From: a bacterium
GTDB taxonomy: Bacteria > Muiribacteriota > UBA6191
NCBI GenBank assembly: GCA_036339875.1
Contig: JAYZAC010000077.1
Span: 1 to 10,657 of the forward strand
Direction of reading: 5' to 3'
DNA length: 10,657 bases
Under the pieces are notes generated by a model, which saw only the letters and a program-made list of their open reading frames with translations, was not told the DNA's origin and did not search any database. The translations under genes were made by a program, and so were the position numbers. Position 1 is the stretch's first letter; each line of letters starts with the position of its first letter. Positions 1-7,794 of the stretch are shown one piece after another.

Positions 1-1608
1 CTTCATCAACTTTTGTTTAAGCTCATCGGAAACAAATTCCTCTGAACTATTGTTGTTTTCGGCTGTGTGACTTGATTTATTTATTGCCTTAGGACTACTC
101 GATGATTCATTACAAGAATCAGGAGCGTCACCTAATACAAATTCTACAAGAATATTTGGGCCATAGCGATGCTGAATTAAATCCAACAATTGACTCTGAT
201 GGCGATCTTCCTGAATTTTATTAAAATGAAATTCATGAGTAGTTGAAAAATACAAGCAGAGCTTTTCACCTTCTTGTCTAACCTGAACTGGATCTATAAA
301 TGCTTTCAACATCGGATTCTTACTTTTAACCTCTTTCAGAATCTGATGCCAATGTCTTTCCGCCTCAGGATAATGTGACAAAGTTTCATCCCGTAGCTTT
401 ACAGTCGGCCTTAAGACATGAGTTTCAGAAGAAGCTGAATCCGACTTAATTTCTTCACTGTTCTTCTTAAGGGCTACTAGCTCCTGTTCAATTTTTTGAA
501 TACTTCTTTTGATCTGAGAGTCCGATCCTGAACTTATGGTTTGATCAGATGGAGGAGTAATAAGACCTATCTCACCATGTAGTTCTGGAAAAAGAGAATT
601 CCCCATTTCATCAATTACTTGAAGTAAGTGCTTGTAAGTTCGCATCCAAATAGCCACTTCAAACTGAGAAACAAAACTGGGTATCTCACGATAATTAGCA
701 GGAACTTGTAATTGGAAATAAATGTAATGCTGAATACGTTCCAATATCTGTAGTAAAAGTTCTCGAGGATCCTTACCGCTTCTCATAAAAACTTTGTAAG
801 CTCTAATGAGCTCACTACGATTTTCACGAGCCAGATGTTCGAGCAGTCGATCAATTTCTTCGGTCGCAGCCAAACCTAACATTGAGTAATACTCTTTCTG
901 ACTTACATGAACGCCACAAAAATGAACGGCGCGTTCAAGCAAAGTTAAAGTATCACGCATTCCACCAGCGCCTCGACTTACGAGTTTTTCTATGACTACA
1001 TCGTCAACCACCAAACCTTCAAGTTCCATCACCTCTCGCAAACGTTTTTCGGATTGCTCTGGATTTAATAAATCAAAGTCTAATCTTATACAGCGAGAAA
1101 CAATTGTACTCAAAAGCTTTTCTGGCTCAGTTGTAGCCAAAATGAAAATCACATAGGGAGGTGGCTCCTCCAGTGTTTTCAGGAAGGCATTAGCAGCTTG
1201 TGGTGTCAGCATATGAGCTTCGTCGATTACGAAAACCTTATACTTGTCTTTTCCCGCTAGAGGTGGATATTGAACCTGATCTCGAATTTCTCTAAAATCG
1301 TCAATTTTTCGATTGCTAGCTGCATCTAATTCAATAAAGTCCGGATAATTACCCTGCATGAAGGACTTACAATTACTACACTGAAGACATGGATTTCCAT
1401 CAGAAACTGATAGGCAATTTAATGCACTGGCAAAAATCCTTGCTGAGGTAGTCTTACCTGTACCTCTCGGACCACAAAACAAATAGGCGTGAGAAACTTG
1501 AACCCTTTTGATGGAGTTTCTGAGTACTTGAACAACTCGCTCCTGTCCACTCACCTCGTCCCAAAGTCTTGGTCGATATTTACGATACAAACTAGATTGT
1601 TGATGCAT
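1..1608 (-). CDS. dnaX: DNA polymerase III subunit gamma/tau (clamp loader ATPase); 3' end lies beyond the left window edge
   Basis: Not in the ORF track because it has no stop in the window. Translated by hand from ATG at 1608: MHQQSSLYRKYRPRLWDEVSGQERVV..HAYLFCGPRGTGKTTSARIF (Walker A), LNC..PCLQCSNC (C4 zinc site), FIELDAASNR, KVFVIDEAHML (Walker B), NAFLKTLEEPP, LATTEPEKLLSTIVSRC (SRC arginine finger), GGMRD (sensor 2). The frame stays open for 536 codons to base 1. Confidence 0.97.
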   Translation of the reverse strand, partial: MHQQSSLYRKYRPRLWDEVSGQERVVQVLRNSIKRVQVSHAYLFCGPRGTGKTTSARIFASALNCLSVSDGNPCLQCSNCKSFMQGNYPDFIELDAASNRKIDDFREIRDQVQYPPLAGKDKYKVFVIDEAHMLTPQAANAFLKTLEEPPPYVIFILATTEPEKLLSTIVSRCIRLDFDLLNPEQSEKRLREVMELEGLVVDDVVIEKLVSRGAGGMRDTLTLLERAVHFCGVHVSQKEYYSMLGLAATEEIDRLLEHLARENRSELIRAYKVFMRSGKDPRELLLQILERIQHYIYFQLQVPANYREIPSFVSQFEVAIWMRTYKHLLQVIDEMGNSLFPELHGEIGLITPPSDQTISSGSDSQIKRSIQKIEQELVALKKNSEEIKSDSASSETHVLRPTVKLRDETLSHYPEAERHWHQILKEVKSKNPMLKAFIDPVQVRQEGEKLCLYFSTTHEFHFNKIQEDRHQSQLLDLIQHRYGPNILVEFVLGDAPDSCNESSSSPKAINKSSHTAENNNSSEEFVSDELKQKLMK

Positions 1609-1670
1609 ATTAACAGGATACTGTGCATCTACTTGAACGAACAGTGATTTTTAATTCAAGTTATCTTTAA

Positions 1671-3797
1671 TTAAAGTTCCTGATCATTACGATCATATCT
1701 AAGTATTTCCTGTAGATTTTCCATATTCTTAACACACTCTTGGACAAACATATCCTCAGGAGGTCCAAGCTTTATTACTTTATCGTACCAAACGATAGCC
1801 TCCTCAAGTTTATATAACCCCTCTTTGCTAAGAGCCATAAGATAAAGAATTTCACTTTCTTCACCATAGACATCTAGAGCCTGTTGCAAAAAATCAACAT
1901 TCTGCTCGTGCCTTTCAGAATAGAAATAAGCATATCCAAGCCATACCGTACTCTCCAAGCTAATAAGCTTGTTATTGTTTAACTCCAAAGCCTTCAACAT
2001 ATACTCGAGAACTAAGAAATAATTTTCATTAGAATATGCCGTTGAGGCGCTTTGAATATTATTTTTTATGTATAACTCAGTAGCCTCTTTGTAGTATTCC
2101 AGATTGTCCTTAGACTGGTTTGAGATCACCAATGGTTCTAAAACTTTCACGCTTTGTCTGTAGAAAGTAAGTTGATGATAGTTATATGCCAGCGCTAAGC
2201 GCGCTAAATGATGATCTGGTACAAGATCTAGTGCGCGTTTAAAGCTCGCAATTTCACTTGAAAGCTGACGCTCATTCATAGGATAGTAAGTAGTTAACTT
2301 TCCTCTAAGATAATGTAGCTGAGCTTCTTTTACATGTTTTCTTAATGCATAATTTTCCATTTTAGATAGAAAATTATCCGTATTTCTTATAGTTTCTTTA
2401 GATAACGTAGTACGAGCTAGCCTCTCCTGTTTCAACTCGTCTTCAATTAGCTCCCCGAGTTTGATGTACGCAGACAGCAAATATGGATCAAAATCAATCA
2501 AAAGATGTAGATACTGACGAAGCTCATTCCTCGAGGAATGATTTTCAAACAATCGAATACCATTCTGAAGTGATTTAATAACCTCCACCTTGAAGACCCT
2601 CATTCTATTAGAGATTTGACTTTTTTTAGGGAATCTTTGCTCTAAAATTTTAAGAATACTAGCCATATCTTCAAACATAGATCTCTTAAAAAGTAATTCG
2701 CAAGCTAGGAGTAATTCTTCAAAACTAAGATCATCAAACTTTGAATAGCGAATTATATAATCTCTTCCATCTGACCATGTATTAAAATCTCGAGGATATT
2801 TAAGAAGGATCCGCCCAATTTCAAAATAGGTTCTAGAGTCCTGACTCGATAGTAAAACCAATTCTTCCATTCGCTTAATACCAAGTTCTTTTCGACCATA
2901 CTTAAAAAGCAATTCTGCTTCTTTACGAATTTGATCTGAGCCTACGTCATAAATATATTCTGAAAGATTTGTTTGTAATTTTCTTAACTTACTAATAACG
3001 AGAGCATCATCGTTCAACTTCAGACCTAAATTAATATAGACTTGACTCATTGGAAATTCACGCTGATTAAATAGAATTAAAGCATAGCTATATAAAAAAC
3101 GTGGTTCAAAATCTATATGATCCAATTCAAACTCTAAAAATTTCCGAGCCTGAACGTTATCGCCACGATAAAGAAAATAGTCACCTAATTCGCCCCACTT
3201 AAACTCAGTATATAGTTCACTTTTAAGCAAACTATCATAGATTTTAGCAAGGAAAGGAAAATGCGCTTTTTTTTCTAAACTCTTTACAATTTTTCGAATC
3301 CTGCCAGGTTTATTTCTTAGAGTCGCCTTCAACCTTATAAAGGTTCTTAAAGCATTATTGGGGTTATTTCGAGAATTTAAGACAATTGAAGCAATCAGCA
3401 TAGTTTCGTAAAACTCATCATCTTCACCCTCAGGCAGGAGAAAACTGCTAATTGCATCTGCCAAAATTCCAAGCCGTACTTGCTGACCAGTGCGCTCATA
3501 AATCTGAGCCAAATACTTGTAGATCTTTAAGTTTTTAGGTTGTATTTGACTGGCTAATTCGAATAGATTTTGAGCTCTATCTAGCTCATTATTATCGAAG
3601 AGGATGACTGCACCTTCGTATAAATCTTCAAAGCTATACTTTCCCGAGGCTAATTCACCTTCAATTTTGAGTTCGCTCAATCCATTGGAACGTTCCATTT
3701 TAATGGTTTGACAGAAATTACTTGGAGTCCATAGAACCACTGAAACGATAGAAAAAATACACGATAAGAACTTTTTTATCTTCATATCCCTATTCAT
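1671..3797 (-). CDS. Large tetratricopeptide-repeat (TPR-like) protein with probable N-terminal signal peptide; function unknown
   Basis: 708-aa ORF. TPR-like units include LFDNNELDRAQNLFELASQIQPKNLKIYKYLAQIYERTG, FKRALDLVPDHHLARLALAYNY and EILYLMALSKEGLYKLEEAIVWYDKVIKLGP. The N-terminus is basic then hydrophobic (MKIKKFLSCIFSIVSVVLW). The start may be ATG 3797 or ATG 3785. Confidence 0.8.
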   Translation of the reverse strand: MNRDMKIKKFLSCIFSIVSVVLWTPSNFCQTIKMERSNGLSELKIEGELASGKYSFEDLYEGAVILFDNNELDRAQNLFELASQIQPKNLKIYKYLAQIYERTGQQVRLGILADAISSFLLPEGEDDEFYETMLIASIVLNSRNNPNNALRTFIRLKATLRNKPGRIRKIVKSLEKKAHFPFLAKIYDSLLKSELYTEFKWGELGDYFLYRGDNVQARKFLEFELDHIDFEPRFLYSYALILFNQREFPMSQVYINLGLKLNDDALVISKLRKLQTNLSEYIYDVGSDQIRKEAELLFKYGRKELGIKRMEELVLLSSQDSRTYFEIGRILLKYPRDFNTWSDGRDYIIRYSKFDDLSFEELLLACELLFKRSMFEDMASILKILEQRFPKKSQISNRMRVFKVEVIKSLQNGIRLFENHSSRNELRQYLHLLIDFDPYLLSAYIKLGELIEDELKQERLARTTLSKETIRNTDNFLSKMENYALRKHVKEAQLHYLRGKLTTYYPMNERQLSSEIASFKRALDLVPDHHLARLALAYNYHQLTFYRQSVKVLEPLVISNQSKDNLEYYKEATELYIKNNIQSASTAYSNENYFLVLEYMLKALELNNNKLISLESTVWLGYAYFYSERHEQNVDFLQQALDVYGEESEILYLMALSKEGLYKLEEAIVWYDKVIKLGPPEDMFVQECVKNMENLQEILRYDRNDQEL

Positions 3798-4797
3798 CTA
3801 TCGGAGATAAGGCATTTGCAAGCAAGGAAAGATCAAACAGAACAGATGCGACAATTGCCTCGACTATTACTACTGCCCTTAATGCTACACATGGATCATG
3901 GCGTCCTCTAAGATCTAAAACATGTGGATGACCTTCTCGATCAATCGTTTTTTGGGGTTTGAAAATTGATGCTGTAGGCTTAATATGTACCCGAGCAACA
4001 ACTTGTTGTCCAGTACTTATACCGCCAAGTACACCGCCACTAGAATTTGATTTGAATCCTTCGGGCGTTAATTCATCATTATTTTCTGAACCAAATCTAC
4101 CCACAACATTAATACCGTCACCAATTTCAACAGCTTTCACAGCGTTTAAACCCATCAAAGCATAGGCCAATCTAGCGTCTAACTTTTCGTAAGTAGGCTC
4201 ACCCCAACCTACAGGGACACCATTAGCCACTACTTCAATAACACCACCAATACTATTGCCTTTCTGTTTAACCTTTAAGATCTCTGCTTGCAGAACATTG
4301 AGTTCTCCTCGCGTTTCACCCACCTGAATAAGATTAGCTTCCACGCTAGTACCACTGACCGCTAAATACTGTTTAGCAATTGCTCCGGCAATCACTCTAC
4401 CGGCGGTTTCTCTTGCCGAGGATCGCCCCCCTCCATAAGGATCATAATTTTTATATTTTTTATGGTAGGTATAGTCTGCATGTCCTGGACGATAAAGATT
4501 TGTTAAAATTTCATAATCCTTACCACGTTTATTTTCGTTTCTAATTATGAAGCTCAATGGAGCACCAGTCGTTCGACCCTCAAAAAACCCTGATAGCAAT
4601 TCGAATTTATCCTTTTCCTTGCGAGCCGTAGTCAGCTTGCTACTACCCGGACGTCTTCTTTCTAGCTCACTTTGTATAAACTCCAAATCAAGTTTAAAGT
4701 TGGGAGGCACACCATCAATTACAACACCAATTGCAGGTCCGTGAGATTCTCCCCAAGTAGTAAAACGAAAAATTTTTCCAAAACTATTGGATGCCAC
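3790..4797 (-). CDS. aroC: Chorismate synthase
   Basis: Motifs NSFG..FRFTTWGESHG, RRRPG, RPGHAD, GGGRSSARETA, GEP..KLDA, GGVLGGISTG, KPTASI and RGRHDPCV. GTG start preceded by AAGGAG. Confidence 0.97.
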   Translation of the reverse strand: MASNSFGKIFRFTTWGESHGPAIGVVIDGVPPNFKLDLEFIQSELERRRPGSSKLTTARKEKDKFELLSGFFEGRTTGAPLSFIIRNENKRGKDYEILTNLYRPGHADYTYHKKYKNYDPYGGGRSSARETAGRVIAGAIAKQYLAVSGTSVEANLIQVGETRGELNVLQAEILKVKQKGNSIGGVIEVVANGVPVGWGEPTYEKLDARLAYALMGLNAVKAVEIGDGINVVGRFGSENNDELTPEGFKSNSSGGVLGGISTGQQVVARVHIKPTASIFKPQKTIDREGHPHVLDLRGRHDPCVALRAVVIVEAIVASVLFDLSLLANALSPIDE

Positions 4798-5302
4798 AAC
4801 CTCTCCTTATTCTTTCACATATATCTAAGGCAGAAGTATCTTGATCGATCTGTAAAACTAAATCTGCAGCATTTTTCAATAAATTCGACCTACGTTCCAG
4901 AGCAATTACATATTCTTCCTCAATATTTCGAGCGCCAAACAATCTGGGTCGATCTCCAGGATCGTTCTTTCGTCGCTCAATTAAAATCTCTAAAGAAACA
5001 TCAAGATAGATACAAGTTGCTCGCTTCCGAATATATTTCATACCTTCGCGATTCTCGATCATGCCACCACCTGTTGATAAGACTAAATTATAATTAGGTA
5101 GACTAAACAAACATTGAGTTTCTAGGACCCTAAAATGTGATTCTCCAAAAATTTCGAATAACTCGCTGATACTTTTGCCTTCTTGCTCAACTAAAAGTTG
5201 ATCAATATCAAAAAACTTCCAACTCAACTGCGATGCTAACGTTTTACCAATTGTAGTTTTACCGCTACTACGTAAACCTAAAAGACATATCCAAGGTTTC
5301 AT
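4784..5302 (-). CDS. aroK: Shikimate kinase (AroK/AroL family)
   Basis: P-loop GLRSSGKTT, FFDID, GESHFRVLE, LSTGGG and lid motif DRPRL; 172 aa; lies between other aro genes. Confidence 0.95.
   Translation of the reverse strand: MKPWICLLGLRSSGKTTIGKTLASQLSWKFFDIDQLLVEQEGKSISELFEIFGESHFRVLETQCLFSLPNYNLVLSTGGGMIENREGMKYIRKRATCIYLDVSLEILIERRKNDPGDRPRLFGARNIEEEYVIALERRSNLLKNAADLVLQIDQDTSALDICERIRRGCGIQ
4803..4808 (-). promoter_or_regulatory. Shine-Dalgarno site for aroC, embedded in the 3' end of aroK
   Basis: The minus strand reads AAGGAG-AGGTT-GTG, a 5-nt spacing to the GTG at 4797. Confidence 0.7.
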
Positions 5303-6732
5303 GAAATTTCCAAGAGATCAGAGGCTTGTTTATATTCCATATAAGAGCCATTGCACCATATTTTCTGTTGCAATAAAGCCTGATAGATAAAGATATGCAA
5401 ACCACTCAAGCATTGCCCTCCTGAATCACTGACTAATTGCATCAATTTCGTACGTCGTGGAAAATATATACTTTCTACTAAACTAACCGAAGAATTGAGC
5501 CAATCTGCTGGGATTGGAGTCGAAGGATCTTCTCCCATACCAACCGACGTACATTGGATAATTAGACTGTCGGATAAATCAAATTTTTTGTCATACCCAA
5601 TCCATTTAGCTCCATAACTTTCTGCTAATCTTCGTGCTCGGTTCTCACTACGATTTCTTATTAATATTTTCTCTCTATGTGTAGAGAGACATGCTAATAC
5701 TGCTTTTGCAACAGCCCCCGCACCTAAGATTATAATTCTATTGAATTCACCTATACTAGACCAATTCTGTTCCACTGCTTCCAAGACCGCGGGTCCATCG
5801 GTGTTGTAACCTTTCCATCCTTGAGCAGAACGTTGCATAGTATTTACGACTCCACTTGCTCTAGCTATCGGGTCCAGTGATTCGCAGAACTCTACTACTT
5901 TTTGCTTAAAAGGAGTCGTTACTGAAAGACCTTGAACTTCTGGTGGTAATAAGTCAAAGAATTCTTGTAAATCATCACCGGGAAAACGAACATAGATACT
6001 GTGCTGATTTGAACCAGCGAAAAAAGCATTATGTATTCTAGGACTCAAAGAATGTGCTATTGGGTTTCCAATGATACCAAAAATTGCTGAACCTCTCGGT
6101 GCTTCGTGAAACTGTTCATACTGATATTGATTAACATCTATTTGACCAGGTGCGGTTTTTGCCTCTGGTAAACAATAATAAGACCAAAAACTACCCATAG
6201 CTTTTGAAGCCATACGGCTCCATTGACCGGCGTCACCCATGCAGGTGAAAACTAACTGGCTAGCACCAGTTTCTGTAACTCTCAATTTCTTCAATAAAGC
6301 TAGACCTTGCCAACTCTCCTCAATTGAAATTGCAAGTTTCAAAACTGCTGGCTGTACAGAAATACACTCATTAATTTCAAAACTAGTTATTTCTGGGCCC
6401 CCATAGTTGTGAACACTTAAAACTATCCTGTCTTTGTATTTCAGTAAGTGATCTGACCATAGCCTCCAATCTTGAAGATCTACGTCGAGATAGCCCTTAA
6501 ATTGTTCCGCAAAGCTAAGATAATGATTAAGTCTCATACTATTGTCTAATGAACCTTCTCGACAGGTAAAGACGATAGTCAAGGAATCAAAAAACTCTCT
6601 GAATACACTCCAATCAATCAGCTTAGGCATATTATCAGCTCTAATCTCTATACCATCAAAATTAGAAGGAAAGTCTTTGAGAAATTGAAGAAGATTCTTC
6701 TGATCATCAATACTTATTGAAATCAACTTCAT
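5299..6732 (-). CDS. aroDE: Bifunctional type I 3-dehydroquinate dehydratase / shikimate dehydrogenase (AroD-AroE fusion)
   Basis: Residues ~1-205 carry type I dehydroquinase motifs: IEIRAD, VFTCR, LDVDL, LSVHNY (His108), VLKLA (candidate Schiff-base Lys132), CMGDAGQWSR, TAPGQ. Residues ~216-477 carry shikimate dehydrogenase motifs: GNPIAHSLSP.IHN, SVTTPFK, GVVNT, GYNTDG, ILGAGAVA, RNRS. One continuous 477-aa frame. Confidence 0.93.
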   Translation of the reverse strand: MKLISISIDDQKNLLQFLKDFPSNFDGIEIRADNMPKLIDWSVFREFFDSLTIVFTCREGSLDNSMRLNHYLSFAEQFKGYLDVDLQDWRLWSDHLLKYKDRIVLSVHNYGGPEITSFEINECISVQPAVLKLAISIEESWQGLALLKKLRVTETGASQLVFTCMGDAGQWSRMASKAMGSFWSYYCLPEAKTAPGQIDVNQYQYEQFHEAPRGSAIFGIIGNPIAHSLSPRIHNAFFAGSNQHSIYVRFPGDDLQEFFDLLPPEVQGLSVTTPFKQKVVEFCESLDPIARASGVVNTMQRSAQGWKGYNTDGPAVLEAVEQNWSSIGEFNRIIILGAGAVAKAVLACLSTHREKILIRNRSENRARRLAESYGAKWIGYDKKFDLSDSLIIQCTSVGMGEDPSTPIPADWLNSSVSLVESIYFPRRTKLMQLVSDSGGQCLSGLHIFIYQALLQQKIWCNGSYMEYKQASDLLEIS

Positions 6733-7778
6733 AGAGCTGCCTCCAATAATTCATAAAATTTCTCGGGTTTCATACCTAGAACAGGTTTACCATCAAATAA
6801 AGCTAGCTTGCCTGGGCGTGAACAGAAACTAAATTTTATCTCACCCGAGTGATTCTTTTTATCCCTAATTAGAAAAGTTCTCAAATCTTTTGGATCTCCA
6901 CTGAAAGACTTATAACCTAATGATTTCCAAGCAGATTCAATAGCGTCGAGCCAATCACCTTCTATATATCCCAGTAGTTCTGCTATTCGATGTTCTATAA
7001 TTAAACCTTCCCACACGCATAGACCGTGGGCTCTATTGAGCTTATAGTACATTTCCAAAGCATGTCCTACAGTATGGCCGAGATTTAGACACTGTCTTAG
7101 TCCTAGCTCCTTGAAGTCCTGCTCAACGATGTACTTCTTTACTTTAATAGATTCAAAAATAAGCTCTTCAAGGCAATCTTTTCTGGCCAACTCTTGCAAA
7201 GTTTTTTCTATTAATTCTGGAGATTTAAGCAAAGCATGTTTAAGCATCTCCCCAAAACCAGATTGAAAATGTTCGCTCGGCAGAGTGTTAAGGCTCTTAA
7301 AATTAACCCATATACCTTTTGGTGTGACAAAACTACCAACAAGATTCTTACCATTCTTTAAATTAATCGCAGTCTTACCACCAATTGATGAGTCGACCAT
7401 CGATAGCAAGGTTGTCGGTACCAGAAAAAAATCTAGTCCCCTCAAAAGAATTGCTGATAAAAATCCTCCAAAATCACCTACAACCCCACCACCTACAGCC
7501 ACAATAGACGTTTTTCGATCTATTTTACCAACCAAATTCTCACAACTTTTTTCTAATTGTCGAAAACTTTTACTATCTTCCCCTGCAGGAATTTCCTCAA
7601 TGATAATATTTTGAAAGTTTTGAGATAATTCATCAGCATATGGGCGCGTATTTGAATCACATAAAAATACAAGCTTAGAATATGAATGTAGATCTTCTAG
7701 AAGTCTACTTGGATCGCTATCAACCCAATAACTCAGATCACCATGTTCAACTAAAATCTGTAGTCTTCTTGGAAGCAT
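6729..7778 (-). CDS. aroB: 3-dehydroquinate synthase
   Basis: Motifs GEDSKS, VGGGVVGDFGGF, RG...PTTLLSMVDSSIGGKTAIN, KNLVG, SGFGEMLKH, LNLGHTVGHALE, HG, RDKK; aro gene context. Confidence 0.96.
   Translation of the reverse strand: MLPRRLQILVEHGDLSYWVDSDPSRLLEDLHSYSKLVFLCDSNTRPYADELSQNFQNIIIEEIPAGEDSKSFRQLEKSCENLVGKIDRKTSIVAVGGGVVGDFGGFLSAILLRGLDFFLVPTTLLSMVDSSIGGKTAINLKNGKNLVGSFVTPKGIWVNFKSLNTLPSEHFQSGFGEMLKHALLKSPELIEKTLQELARKDCLEELIFESIKVKKYIVEQDFKELGLRQCLNLGHTVGHALEMYYKLNRAHGLCVWEGLIIEHRIAELLGYIEGDWLDAIESAWKSLGYKSFSGDPKDLRTFLIRDKKNHSGEIKFSFCSRPGKLALFDGKPVLGMKPEKFYELLEAAL
6740..6744 (-). promoter_or_regulatory. Shine-Dalgarno site for aroDE, embedded in the 3' end of aroB
   Basis: GGAGG lies 7 nt upstream of the ATG at 6732, which overlaps the aroB stop as ATGA. 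Confidence 0.75.
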
Positions 7779-7794
7779 ATATCAGCCGACTCAT

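Noticed and set aside
490..498. Possible dnaX programmed frameshift (gamma/tau) at an A6 run
   Set aside because: In frame it reads CAA AAA ATT, not the A AAA AAG heptamer of E. coli dnaX, and it is shorter than the A9 slippage run of Thermus. I saw no canonical signal in the visible part of the gene.
1609..1670. SRP RNA or tRNA upstream of dnaX, as seen in some bacteria
   Set aside because: The gap is only 62 nt, AT-rich, and shows no cloverleaf or SRP-like GC stem.
3267..3274. A8 homopolymer in the TPR gene as a phase-variation tract
   Set aside because: It is short, the frame is intact, it encodes EKK and is expected by chance at this base composition.
7747..7794. Short minus-strand ORF MSRLIYASKKTTDFS overlapping the aroB start, as a leader peptide
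   Set aside because: It has no run of aromatic codons and no attenuator hairpins, and a 15-codon ORF is expected by chance.
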